A DNA stretch of 64,000 nucleotides from Phycisphaerae bacterium (GCA_963675745.2 CAXXWX010000023.1:64001-128000); one strand, 5' to 3'. Shown: positions 1 to 10,314, counted from the first letter of the stretch. Notes: generated from the sequence alone by a model not told the origin. Numbers and translations are program-made.

Positions 1-46
1 CACTTTCGGCGCGGCACGGCGCTATACACACCGCGGAGGCACGCCC

Positions 47-1858
47 TTGGATTGGGGCTGGGAAGGATGGTACACCATCGGCGTGGTGGTCCTGACCTTC
101 ATCGGGTTGGTGCGCGGATTCCCTACCGACGCGGTTTTGCTCGGGGCGGCCATCTTGGTGGCCGTGGCCCGCATCATCTCGCCGGCCGAGATGTTCAGCG
201 GCTTTTCCAACCAGGGCATGCTGACCGTTGCGGCACTGTTCGTCATTTCTGCGGCGATGCGCGAAACCGGGGCGCTCGATCGTCTGGGGCGCGTCATGCT
301 GGGCCGCATACGCACGGAACGCCGGGCCCTGCTGGTGCTCGCGCCGCAGGTTGCCGCCCTGTCCGCATTTCTCAACAACACCGCCGTCGTGGCCATGCTG
401 GTCGGGCTTGTCGGCGACTGGTGCCGCAAGAACCACGTGTCACCCTCCAAGCTGCTGATGCCGCTGTCATACCTGGCGATCCTCGGGGGTATGTGTACGC
501 TGATCGGCACGAGCACCAATCTGCTCGTCAACGGGTTGATGGTCGGCATGACGCGCACCATGCAGGATGGTGCCGCGCGTGATGCCTTGCGCGAGTTTTC
601 GCTGTTCGAGCTGGGCGCCGTGGGGTTACCGATTGTACTCGTCGGCGCTGCGTACCTGTGGCTCGTGGGTATGCGCCTGCTGCCGGATCGGCGCGATCTG
701 CTCGAGCGTTTTGAAGGCTCCTTGCGCGAGTATTTGGTCAACATGCGCGTCGAGCCGGGATGCTCGCTGATCGGCCAGCAGGTTGAAGAGGCCGGCCTGC
801 GCCGGCTGCCCGGTTTGTACCTGATCGAGATCGTGCGCGACGGCCGTGTGATCGCCCCGGTTGAGCCCGACCAGGTGCTGTTCGAGGGCGATCAGCTCAC
901 CTTCACCGGCGCGGTCAAGACGATTGTGGATCTGGAGCGCCTGCGCGGGCTCGTGCCGGTTCAGAATGACATCGACGAAGCGCCGCCCGTGCCCCATGCC
1001 AATCGGCGTTACTGCGAAGCCGTCGTCTCCAGCACCTCCCCGCTGTTGGAGCAGACCATCCGCGACTCAAACTTCCGCGCGCGCTACAACGCCGCCGTCG
1101 TCGCCGTTCATCGCGGCGGGACGCGTCTGGCCGGCCGCGTCGGCGACATCGTCTTGCGGCCCGGCGACACGCTGCTGCTCCAGACCGGCCCGCACTTCGC
1201 CGCCGCCAACCGCAACAACCCCGGGTTCTTCCTGGTCAGCAGCATCGAAGAGGCCCGCCCCGTACGTCATAACCGGGCCACGATCGCCACGATTATGCTG
1301 GCCGCACTGGTCGCACTGATGTCGCTGCACATCCTGCCGACGGCGGTGGCGGCGTTTCTCGTCGCCGGGCTGATGGTTGGGTTTCGCTGCATTTCGGCGT
1401 CCGACGCGCGCCGGGCGGTGCCGTGGGATGTGCTGCTGACCATCGCCGCCTCGTTCGGCCTGGGCAAGGCGCTGGAGAACTCGGGGGTGGCGGCGGGAGT
1501 GGCCGGTGACATCGTCGAACTGACTCGTGCCTGGGGTCCGATCGCCGCGCTGGCGGCGGTCTATTTGTTGACCACGATCTGCACCGAGACAATCACCAAC
1601 AACGCCGCCGCCGTGCTGCTTTTCCCCTTTGCGATCGCGGCGGCCACTCAACTCGGCGTCGATCCGCGGCCGTTCGCCGTCGTTGTCGCCATCGCCGCCT
1701 CCGCCAGCTTCGCCACGCCCATCGGCTACCAGACCAACATGATGGTCTACGGCCCCGGCGGCTATCGCTTCACTGATTTCCTGCGCGTCGGCCTGCCGCT
1801 GAATCTGCTAGTCGGCATCGTCTCCGTCTGCCTGATCCCCTGGATCTGGCCGCTGTAG
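47..1858 (+). CDS. SLC13/DASS-family permease with two TrkA-C (RCK_C) domains
   Basis: 603 aa; SAFLNNTAVV, LGGMCTLIGTSTN and ATPIGYQTNMMVYGPGGY motifs; central soluble region with two RCK_C-like repeats. Confidence 0.92.
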   Translation: MDWGWEGWYTIGVVVLTFIGLVRGFPTDAVLLGAAILVAVARIISPAEMFSGFSNQGMLTVAALFVISAAMRETGALDRLGRVMLGRIRTERRALLVLAPQVAALSAFLNNTAVVAMLVGLVGDWCRKNHVSPSKLLMPLSYLAILGGMCTLIGTSTNLLVNGLMVGMTRTMQDGAARDALREFSLFELGAVGLPIVLVGAAYLWLVGMRLLPDRRDLLERFEGSLREYLVNMRVEPGCSLIGQQVEEAGLRRLPGLYLIEIVRDGRVIAPVEPDQVLFEGDQLTFTGAVKTIVDLERLRGLVPVQNDIDEAPPVPHANRRYCEAVVSSTSPLLEQTIRDSNFRARYNAAVVAVHRGGTRLAGRVGDIVLRPGDTLLLQTGPHFAAANRNNPGFFLVSSIEEARPVRHNRATIATIMLAALVALMSLHILPTAVAAFLVAGLMVGFRCISASDARRAVPWDVLLTIAASFGLGKALENSGVAAGVAGDIVELTRAWGPIAALAAVYLLTTICTETITNNAAAVLLFPFAIAAATQLGVDPRPFAVVVAIAASASFATPIGYQTNMMVYGPGGYRFTDFLRVGLPLNLLVGIVSVCLIPWIWPL

Positions 1859-2106
1859 TCCCGCGCCGGTCCCATAGGTAGCGGCCCCATCAGTCGGTCG
1901 CTTGTGCGAACCGGTCGAGGCTTCAAATGCGGAATGAAGAATGATGAATGCAGAAACCGTAGAGGCGGCACGTTGCGAGGTTCTGCATTCTTCATTCCGC
2001 ATTCTGCATTCTCCACCGCCGTGGGCGACTAACGTTGGCTGCCCCACGGCGTTTCTGCATTCTGCATTCCGCATTCCGCATTCCGCATTCTGCATTCTGC
2101 ATTCTC
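1852..2106. repeat. Composite repeat copy 1: GTAG REP-like unit plus GAATGNN/NNCATTC heptamer inverted-repeat hairpin and an extra heptamer tract
   Basis: 1863-1954 is identical to 4790-4881 (92 nt); tandem GAATG heptamers followed by CATTC heptamers. Confidence 0.9.
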
Positions 2107-2148
2107 CACCGCCGCTTGCCATCCACCGCACCGCGGCCCACACTCCCG

Positions 2149-3721
2149 ATGATGGAAGCATCCGATACGACATTTCCCCCAACGCGCGACGCCGCGCACC
2201 AGCCGCGTCCGATCCCGCCGCGCTTCTGGTGGACGAAGCGGATCACGATCGGTATTGCCGTACTGCTGATCGCGGTCATCGGCATTCGTCTGTGGTGGGG
2301 TTGGCACGCGGAGCGCGAACTGCAACGTGCGATCGCCGAATGCCGCGCCGACGGCCAGCCCGTGCTGCTTGAGGATTTCCTCGAAGAGCCCATTCCGGAC
2401 GAGGAAAACGGCGCCCACTTCCTCTCGCTCGCCTCGGCAAAGCTCGATGCACCACACCGCGCCCTGATCGAGCACCTGAGCTCCATAGCCGGCGACGCGG
2501 CGGCTCGCGAGCAGTATCGACAGACGCTGGACCGAATCGTGTCGGACAGCGTCGAGGTGCGCGACCTGATCCGCCAGACGCGCGCCCTGGAGCGCGCTCA
2601 GTGGCCGATTGTCCGCGCCACGGCGCTCATCAACACACCGCTGCCGCACCTCAATGAGCAGCGCAGGCTTGCAAAGCTGCTCCGCCTCACGGCCGCACAC
2701 CAGCACGACATCGCCAACGACAGCGCGGCGCTCGAGTCAATTCGGGATATGTCGGCCATCGGACGCCATCTCGGCGATCGGCCCTTCTCGCTGATTGTCT
2801 ATCTGGTCGGCAGAGCCATCCGCAATATGGTTGCTCACACCATCGAGTCTATAGCCCCGACTCTGGATATCGAAGGTGTGCCGCATCCTGGCCAGGCAAG
2901 CGTTGCCACGCGCGCACAGGTTAGAGCGCTGCAGGAGGAGTTGCTCGACGAACGGTCAATCGGCGCCTCGTGGTTTCATGGCATATGCGGCGAGCGTCTC
3001 AGCCATATCGACCTCCGGCGACACATTTGGCAGGGCAAAACACTACCTAATATGTTCACGAAATCATCCAGCGCCAGAGTGTTCTCGGTCCTGTTCGGGC
3101 CGGCAGTGAAACTCGACGCCGTTAGGCTCATTCGCCGCGAAGCGGTGATCGCGCGCGCGTGCAGTTCGCCACACTACACACCGGCTGAGGTGCAGCTTGC
3201 CCCCTCTCGCGGCGCCTGACTCGATGCCGGAGGTGATCGCCCGATTCGCGAGCATTCTCGGTGATTTGAACAGCGGGCACGTCACCGGGCATTATTGCTC
3301 GCTGGCCGAGAGCCGCATGGCCGCGACGGCGCTGGCGATCCGCTTATATGAGCTTGACCACGGTCGTCGCCCCGAGCTCCTTGGCGCCCTCGTCCCGGAT
3401 TATCTCTCAGAAATCCCGCTCGATCCGTTCGATTCCCACGGCGTTGAGATTCGCTACCTTCCCGATGCCAATCCGCCGCTGCTATACAGCGTGAGCGCGG
3501 ATGGTGTGGACAGCGGCGGGGCTTTCACGTTAACCAAGCGCGGCGGCGTCGACACGCAATCGCCGGACCTGCCGTTCTTCCTCAATGGCGACCGGCCCAC
3601 GGGAGATCGGGAACGCACTTTGGCCGAACTGCGGGACGCCCTGGCCGATGACTCGGAGCTACTGAAGACTATGGTAGACGACCAGCGCCCAGAAGATCAG
3701 GATGGGGCCGCCGAAGAATAG
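2149..3721 (+). pseudogene. Membrane-anchored helical protein with GspG-like C-terminal motif, frameshifted near 3200
   Basis: N-terminal TM helix in ORF 2035..3219 continues into ORF 3197..3721 with LAIRLYELDHG..PLDPF..LLYSVSADGVDSGG; single frameshift, real or sequencing error. Confidence 0.65.
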
Positions 3722-4539
3722 CAGCGCGACCAGCACCAAGCCCGCCGCGTTCCACAGCAGTGTCCGTTTCCAACGTCCCGGGTACTTGAGCGGCGGAATG
3801 CGGTACATTAGTCCGCGGTTGCATTCGCTATGAATGAAGAACAACGTCGCCGCCGCCACAATACCTATTGCGCGAAGCAAAGATGGTGTCAGCGCCACTG
3901 GCGACCAAAACGCGGTCCCCACGAGCATTAGACCCATCGGAATCGGCATGAACGCCAGCGGAGCGCAGGTGTAATAGCTCAACGCAATCGCGCGGTTCTC
4001 CTGCTCCACGCTCATCAGCGGCGAGTAGTATATACAACTGGTCATCCCAGGCACGATGGCCAACAGCACGGCCGCCGCCACGTTCATGTACGCGAACAGC
4101 CACGGCGTCTCCCAACGCTGATCGGCCAGGCGTACACATAATGGCACGCGTACCACGTCAGCGTCGCCAGCAGCACGCAGGCATAGGCGATCGCCGTCGT
4201 CGTCCAGCGGAACGACTGGCTGTCGCCCCAGTCCACCTTGCGCACCATCTCCAGGGCGAGCGTCTTCGGCCGCCGAAACACCAGCCAGACCGTCTTCCAA
4301 TACGCCCGCCAGAAGCCGACGTGCTTGCGGTGTACCCAGGGGATCAGCGACTGGCCGCCGTGCAGCTCGACAATCGACACGCCGCACTCCGGGCAGCGCT
4401 CGCTGGTCAGCCCGCGCAGGTCATAGCCGCAGTCAACGCAGAACACCCCCGCCGGCAGCGGCGCGGCTGTCGCTGTCTCGTCTGACACGACGGCGGCACC
4501 ACGGTCGGAGTCGCTCGGATTGGGTGTGCTCCCCGACAT
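3659..4539 (-). pseudogene. Zinc-ribbon (CxxCGYDLRG..CPECG) multi-TM membrane protein, frameshifted near 4130
   Basis: ORF 4084..4539 carries CVDCGYDLRGLTSERCPECG and the first TM; the remaining TM helices are in ORF 3659..4387. Confidence 0.65.
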
Positions 4540-4778
4540 ACGCTGGCAATCCTCGGCCGCGCGTGGTTTCGTTCAACCAACCCGAAGCTTAACCCACCAG
4601 CCCCTGAAAGCCAAAAGGCCGAGACCGCAAGCGTAGCAACCGACGCCCCAGTCGGCCGCGAAAACCGCCGATACGACCAGCAGTCCGCGCGACCCCACAA
4701 CGTAACGGCCTGCGCCTCCCAGGCCGTCGATACTCAGTCGGGACATGCCGACGCAAACAGCCGTCGGCATGGCACCCG

Positions 4779-4959
4779 GCTGTAATCCAGCGCCGGTCCC
4801 ATAGGTAGCGGCCCCATCAGTCGGTCGCTTGTGCGAACCGGTCGAGGCTTCAAATGCGGAATGAAGAATGATGAATGCAGACCCCCCCAACGTGCCGCCT
4901 TGTCGGTTTCTGCATTCATCATTCCGCATTCTGCATTCTCCGCGCGTGCCCCACGGCGT
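4779..4959. repeat. Composite repeat copy 2 (REP-like unit plus heptamer hairpin)
   Basis: 92-nt identity with 1863-1954; downstream TGCCCCACGGCGT is also shared. Confidence 0.9.
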
Positions 4960-5101
4960 ACCGTAGGGGACTGACTGCGGCCTCGAACATTGTCTCAGAA
5001 GCCGCCAGAACCCGCCAAACATCTCTTGAAAACACGCCAGCGACCGATCCGCGTTTTTGGTAGGTTCCCCGGTGGCAGATTGCGCATTGTCTCTGGCTTC
5101 C

Positions 5102-5144
5102 TTGATTGTCCCCTGGTGCGTTGCTATAGTGATAATGGTTACGA
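5102..5144 (+). promoter_or_regulatory. Sigma70-type promoter with an overlapping Fur/Zur-like half box
   Basis: TTGATT (5102-5107), 17 nt, TGn-TATAGT (5125-5130), then TGATAATGGTTACGA. Confidence 0.5.
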
Positions 5145-5166
5145 GTTTATTCTCCACAGTGTATCC

Positions 5167-5469
5167 ATGCGCCTGCGTTCACGACTCTATCCCTGGTTTT
5201 CCGCGTTGGCTTCGCTGGCATTTGTGCTGGGGCCGGCTACGGGAGCCGGGCGCGCGCTGCACCTGTCCTTCCACCACGACAGTCACGATGAGGAAAACTG
5301 CCCTGTCGGCGTTGCTTTCACCGTAGGCACCGCGGCCGCCGAGACGCCCGTTCCGCTCGTGATCGAGCGTTTCGAGCCGGCGGTCACACAACTGCTGCCG
5401 GCGGAGTACATTGCGCCGGCGACGACATTTGCCTACCAGCCACTTGCCCCACGACCGCCTCCAGCCTGA
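5167..5469 (+). CDS. DUF2946-like small protein, putative metal-responsive leader peptide
   Basis: 100 aa; signal-like N-terminus, HHDSHDEENCPVG, C-terminal LAPRPPPA. Confidence 0.65.
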   Translation: MRLRSRLYPWFSALASLAFVLGPATGAGRALHLSFHHDSHDEENCPVGVAFTVGTAAAETPVPLVIERFEPAVTQLLPAEYIAPATTFAYQPLAPRPPPA

Positions 5470-5659
5470 TCTCACGCCGCACTACTGATTCGTACTACAG
5501 TCACGACCGTGTTCTACTGCGCGGCCTGCGCCGGTACATCCTCGGTGTAGTCCCGTTGTGTGGTTAACGCGCACTTTCACCGTTTACTCCTGGTAAGAGG
5601 TGGCGGTGTCGTTGCGCGCCGGGTGCACTCCCGACTTTGGAATGTCGTGAGGTTCTGTC

Positions 5660-6400
5660 ATGAGACAACGTGCCTTTACTTTGATCGAATTACTGGTAGT
5701 AGTTGCGATCATCGCTCTGTTGATTTCGATCCTGCTGCCCAGCCTGAGCCATGCGCGCAAGATAGCGCAGGCAACGGTCTGCGCCAGCAACCTGCGGCAA
5801 ATGGGACTGGCCATCCAGATGTACGCCGAGAACAACGACGGGCACCTGATCACCAAGGGCATGCCGCATGGCGGCAACGTTGACGAGCACGCCGCCTGGA
5901 TCAACACGCTGCGTCAGGACTACCAGAACGCGCTGGTCGCGCGCTGCCCGTCCGACCGCAGCAGGTACTGGAGCGAGCCCGTGCCACCGGCTGATGTATT
6001 GCGCCGGTCGAGCTTCGCCCTCAATTACTACCTCGATCCGACCATCAGTCTGCCCGGCCGTCATCATCTTTACGACCGGCAAGACTGGATCAGCAGTCCG
6101 GCCACCACACTCGTTCTGGTCGAGCTGGTCGACGATGAGAAAAAGGACCGGGCCGGCAACACGGTCAACTACGCCGCTTCCGACCACGTGCATCCCGAGA
6201 CGTGGTGGTCGTCAGGCGATCCAGAGGAGACTGCGGCGACGCAGGTGTTCCTGGATCGTCATCGTGATAAGGCGAACTACCTGTTTCTCGATGGCCACGT
6301 GGTTCCGCTGTCATTTGCGGCCACGTACGACATTGAACGTCCCCCCACTTTTCCACCGGTTTTCGTACACAACTTATACGACCCCGACATCGCCCACTAA
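5660..6400 (+). CDS. Prepilin-type N-terminal cleavage/methylation protein with H-X9-DG motif (DUF1559-like)
   Basis: [43 protein letters not shown]. Confidence 0.92.
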   Translation: MRQRAFTLIELLVVVAIIALLISILLPSLSHARKIAQATVCASNLRQMGLAIQMYAENNDGHLITKGMPHGGNVDEHAAWINTLRQDYQNALVARCPSDRSRYWSEPVPPADVLRRSSFALNYYLDPTISLPGRHHLYDRQDWISSPATTLVLVELVDDEKKDRAGNTVNYAASDHVHPETWWSSGDPEETAATQVFLDRHRDKANYLFLDGHVVPLSFAATYDIERPPTFPPVFVHNLYDPDIAH

Positions 6401-6468
6401 GGGCGCGTGACGCGGCACCAAGGTCCGCCGATCGCCCACGGGGCGACTTGATTGACAGGATAACTGAC

Positions 6469-7074
6469 ATGAATTTCCGCAAACACGCGTTTTGTCTGGC
6501 TTCACTTACCATCGCTCTCGCAACGGCGCTGCCCGCCTTCGCACATGAGCATGAAGGCGATCTGATCGTCGGCCGCAACAGCGCCCGCGAACTGGCCATC
6601 GAATTCGACTTCGGCGATACACATGCTCTGCCGGCCGTCAGCGGGCTGCTCGAGGGCTTCGCCTCAAACGCACCCGGCTTCGACCATCTCGCGGCCGACG
6701 AACCGGCCGAGGACTTCTACATGCTCGAAACGGGTGCTGCGATCCGCTTTGAGGTGATCTCGTTTTCGCCGGCGTTCAAGGCCTGGACACCCGGCCTGGG
6801 CGCGGCCTTGCAGAACCCGGGCGACTTCTTTGACTTCCCGGACGGCCCCGCCCTCCACGCGCACCTCAACTGGCACATCGACAGCACCGACCCCGCGTTC
6901 GACATGGGCGACAGCCCCTGGACCGCGAGCTTCCAATTGGTCGACACGGGTACGACTGGCTACGACCCGTCGCCGATCTACACGATGACGTTCACACCGG
7001 AACCGAGTTCGCTGATCGCACTCGCCCTCGGCGCCGTCGCACTGCTGCGCCGCCGGGCCGCGGCACGCGCTTGA
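6469..7074 (+). CDS. His-rich secreted PEP-CTERM protein
   Basis: Signal peptide AFA|HEHEGD; LHAHLNWHI; TPEPSSLIALALGAVALLRRR. Confidence 0.88.
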   Translation: MNFRKHAFCLASLTIALATALPAFAHEHEGDLIVGRNSARELAIEFDFGDTHALPAVSGLLEGFASNAPGFDHLAADEPAEDFYMLETGAAIRFEVISFSPAFKAWTPGLGAALQNPGDFFDFPDGPALHAHLNWHIDSTDPAFDMGDSPWTASFQLVDTGTTGYDPSPIYTMTFTPEPSSLIALALGAVALLRRRAAARA

Positions 7075-7086
7075 GGAGAGTCACCC

Positions 7087-7866
7087 ATGCAGCTTCGTTA
7101 CCGATACTCGCGCCTCATGTGTGCTGTGCTCGTGGCAGCCGTTGGTGCTGGACTCGCGTCGGCTCAGCACGCCGGCGACGTCTGGGTCGGCCGCACGACG
7201 CAGGGGCGCGTCGCCATCAGCCCACAGGGCTTTCTGCCTGAGCTGAGTTACCACGGCCTTTCGCCGGTCGGCGGCGTGCTCAACGGATGGAGCGATGCCA
7301 ATCCGGGCTTTGACCATCTGACCACCGGCGATCCGAACGACGACGTCTTTCCATTCCAGTCGGGCGCGGCGATCTGGCTCGAGGTCATTACGATCGATGC
7401 GGCGTTGCGCATCATCGACGGCGGCTTCAACGTCCTCGATGAGCCCGGCGAAGATACGCTTCTCGGCGGCGCCGGCCTGCACGTACACAACACCTGGCAC
7501 ATCAACAGCGACGATCCGGCCTTTGATCCCAACCAGTGCGTGTGGCACACGACGGTCCTGCTGCGCGACGACGGCGGCACCGGCTACGACGATTCCGCAC
7601 CGCTTACCTTCAGCTTCGCCAATGTCCCCGTCCGGCCCGCCACCGAGCCCGCGGACGGCGACTTCGACGAGAGCGGCGCGGCCGGTGCCACCGACCTGCC
7701 GGCGGTCTTTGAGTGCCTCAGCGGCCCGGGCACACGCCCACAGCCGGACGATCCGGCGATCACAACGTGTGAGGTGCTCTGCCTGAACGCGTTTGACTCC
7801 GACAACGACCTCGACATCGACCTGTGCGACGTCGAGGTGTTTCAGCAGCTCTTTTCGGGAGACTAG
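7087..7866 (+). CDS. Paralogue of the preceding protein with a C-terminal dockerin-like double EF-hand
   Basis: QHAGDVWVGR, NPGFDHL and LHVHNTWHI are shared; tail DGDFDESG..CLSGP..FDSDNDLDIDLCD..FQ. Confidence 0.85.
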   Translation: MQLRYRYSRLMCAVLVAAVGAGLASAQHAGDVWVGRTTQGRVAISPQGFLPELSYHGLSPVGGVLNGWSDANPGFDHLTTGDPNDDVFPFQSGAAIWLEVITIDAALRIIDGGFNVLDEPGEDTLLGGAGLHVHNTWHINSDDPAFDPNQCVWHTTVLLRDDGGTGYDDSAPLTFSFANVPVRPATEPADGDFDESGAAGATDLPAVFECLSGPGTRPQPDDPAITTCEVLCLNAFDSDNDLDIDLCDVEVFQQLFSGD

Positions 7867-8086
7867 CTTGATGCACCAATCGACAAAAGCCAGAGCATCA
7901 CCGGCAACGTGACGGCCTGGGCCCCGCAGACCGCCGGTGCTCAATACCTCGGCCGGTGCGGCTCAACCACAAGATCCCCATCCCGCGCTACGCCGCGGGA
8001 TGGGGCGCCATTTCTCCCCCCAGTGCGCGCCCCCCTTTTTCGTCCGGTCGCTGTGCGTTAGCGCGGCGCCCGGTATGATAGCCGCC

Positions 8087-10234
8087 ATGATGGCACCGCG
8101 CGACAAACCCCGCTGGCTGGGCTACTTCGGCCGCTCGCTGCGCTTCCTCGGGCCGCACAAGCGCCCGCTGATCCTCGGGTTCATCGCCGCGCTGGGCGTC
8201 GGCGTGTTCTACACGGGTAGCATCTCCAGCATCATCCCCGCGCTGAAGATGCTCTTTGCCGACCATGAGACGCTTGCCGACTGGCTGCATCGCAGCGAGA
8301 CCGAGCACCGCGTCGGCATTGATCTGGCCGCCGATGTCCCCGACGACCCCCGCGGCTTGCGCATCGTCGGCGTGCATCCCCAATCGCCCAACGCGCACAA
8401 TCTCACCGCCGGCGACTATATCGTCGCCGTGGACTATCAGCGCGGCGACTCGTTCCGCATCGCCGAGTTGCTCTCCCAGCGGCCCGGACAGACGGAAACC
8501 GTCAGCATCGTCGTCGCCGACGGCACCGAGCGCGACGTGGCCCTGAAGCTGACGCCCTACCGCCCGTGGTGGGGGCTGTTTCGTGACACGGCGGCGCGGC
8601 TGCCGCAAGGCCGCACGCCCGGCGACCGCTTCACAACGCTGGCGATCGTGCTGGCGGTGATCGTGGCCGTTTCGACACTGGGCAGTCTGTGCCGTTTCGC
8701 CAACGAGGCGCTCGTGGCCATCGCGGTCCAGCGCACCATGCACGACCTGCGCTGCACGCTCGCCAGACGCGTGCTCAACCTGCCCGTGCCGTGGCACAGC
8801 GCCCGGCCGATCGGAGACACGCTGGGACGCTTCGCCAACGACCTCAACCGCGTCGAAGTCGGCGTGACCACGCTGTTCGGCAAGACAATTCGCGAGCCGA
8901 TCAAGGCCGTCGGCGTCCTCACGCTGACCATCCTCATCGACTGGCGCATCCTGGTGATCGCGCTGGTCGGCCTACCGATCGCCGCCCTGCTCATCCGGCT
9001 GTTCGGCGGATATGTGCGGCGCGCCCAGAAGCAGGCATCGCGCGCCTGGGGCGTGCTGTTGGACCATCTCGACGAGCGCCTGGCCGGTATCCGCATTGTC
9101 AAGGCCTACAACATGCAGCGCGCCGAGACTCAGCGTTTCGAGCACGAAGGCCGCGCCCTGACCAAGGCACAGACCAACATCGAGGTCGCCGACGCCGCCA
9201 CCAAACCGTCACTTGAAACGCTCGCGATCCTGGCGATCGCCGGCTTCATTCTCTACGGCGGCAGCCGCGTGTTTCACAATCAGCTTGAGCCGCATATGTT
9301 CTTCGGCGCGGTGGTGTGCCTGGCGGGCATGTTCGATCCCGTGCGCAAGCTGGGTAACGTCAACAACCGCGTACATGCCGCCGACGCGGCGGCCGCACGT
9401 GTTTTCGAAGTCATCGACACCAAACCGGAAGAGATACGCGACGACAACGGCTCACGCCCCGCGCCGCCAGCTTTCGAGCACGCGATCGAGTTTCGCAACG
9501 TCTCGTTCGCCTATCCCGGCAATCGCGGCAACATGGTACTGAGTAACGTGAGCCTCGAGGTCGGCCATGGGCAGGTGGTGGCGATTGTCGGCCCCAACGG
9601 CTCTGGCAAGACCACGCTGGTGTCGTTGCTGCTGCGGTTCTTTGAACCGCTGTCCGGCGAGATTCTGATCGACGGCCGAAACATCGCCGAACTCTCGCTG
9701 CACGGGCTGCGCGCTCTGATGGGTCTGGTGACTCAGGAAGCGATCATCTTCTCGAGCACGGTGCGCGAGAACATCGCCTACGGCGCCGGGGACGTGCCGG
9801 AAGACGCCATCCGCCGGGCCGCCCGACTGGCACATCTCGACGAGTTTCTGGATGATCTCGCGCGCGAACGCGATGGTGAGGTCGGCCGCGGGCTCGACGC
9901 CGCCATCAGCGCCAAGCAGCTTTCCGGCGGTCAGCGCCAGCGGATCGCGATCGCGCGCGCCATTCTGCGTGACCCGCCGATCCTGGTGCTTGATGAAGCC
10001 ACCAGTCAGGTTGACAGTGAATCAGAGCGGAAGATCCAGGAAGCCCTCGACGACGTCACGCGCGGGCGCACGACCTTCATCATCGCGCACCGCTTCAGCA
10101 CGATCGCGCGGGCCGACCGTGTGGTTGTGCTGAATGAGGGTAAGATCGTGGGTGTCGGCCGCCATGACGAGCTGACCGACGCCTGCCCGGTCTACGACGC
10201 GCTGTGCCAAACACAATTCGCCAGCCAGCCGTAA
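8087..10234 (+). CDS. MsbA-like ABC exporter (TMD+NBD) with a PDZ-like insertion
   Basis: GPNGSGKTT, LSGGQRQR, LVLDEATS and IAHR motifs; start approximate. Confidence 0.9.
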   Translation: MMAPRDKPRWLGYFGRSLRFLGPHKRPLILGFIAALGVGVFYTGSISSIIPALKMLFADHETLADWLHRSETEHRVGIDLAADVPDDPRGLRIVGVHPQSPNAHNLTAGDYIVAVDYQRGDSFRIAELLSQRPGQTETVSIVVADGTERDVALKLTPYRPWWGLFRDTAARLPQGRTPGDRFTTLAIVLAVIVAVSTLGSLCRFANEALVAIAVQRTMHDLRCTLARRVLNLPVPWHSARPIGDTLGRFANDLNRVEVGVTTLFGKTIREPIKAVGVLTLTILIDWRILVIALVGLPIAALLIRLFGGYVRRAQKQASRAWGVLLDHLDERLAGIRIVKAYNMQRAETQRFEHEGRALTKAQTNIEVADAATKPSLETLAILAIAGFILYGGSRVFHNQLEPHMFFGAVVCLAGMFDPVRKLGNVNNRVHAADAAAARVFEVIDTKPEEIRDDNGSRPAPPAFEHAIEFRNVSFAYPGNRGNMVLSNVSLEVGHGQVVAIVGPNGSGKTTLVSLLLRFFEPLSGEILIDGRNIAELSLHGLRALMGLVTQEAIIFSSTVRENIAYGAGDVPEDAIRRAARLAHLDEFLDDLARERDGEVGRGLDAAISAKQLSGGQRQRIAIARAILRDPPILVLDEATSQVDSESERKIQEALDDVTRGRTTFIIAHRFSTIARADRVVVLNEGKIVGVGRHDELTDACPVYDALCQTQFASQP

Positions 10235-10314
10235 CAATCAACACGTACTCGACTCATGAGTAGCGCCCACCCCCGAGTCGGACGCAAGCCCCAAGTGTAG
10301 ACGCAGCCCCCCAA

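Noticed and set aside
1762..2486. ORFs reading MQNAECGMRNAE or FCILHSAFRIPHS
   Set aside because: These are translations of the heptamer repeat; the gene at 2035 more plausibly starts at 2149.
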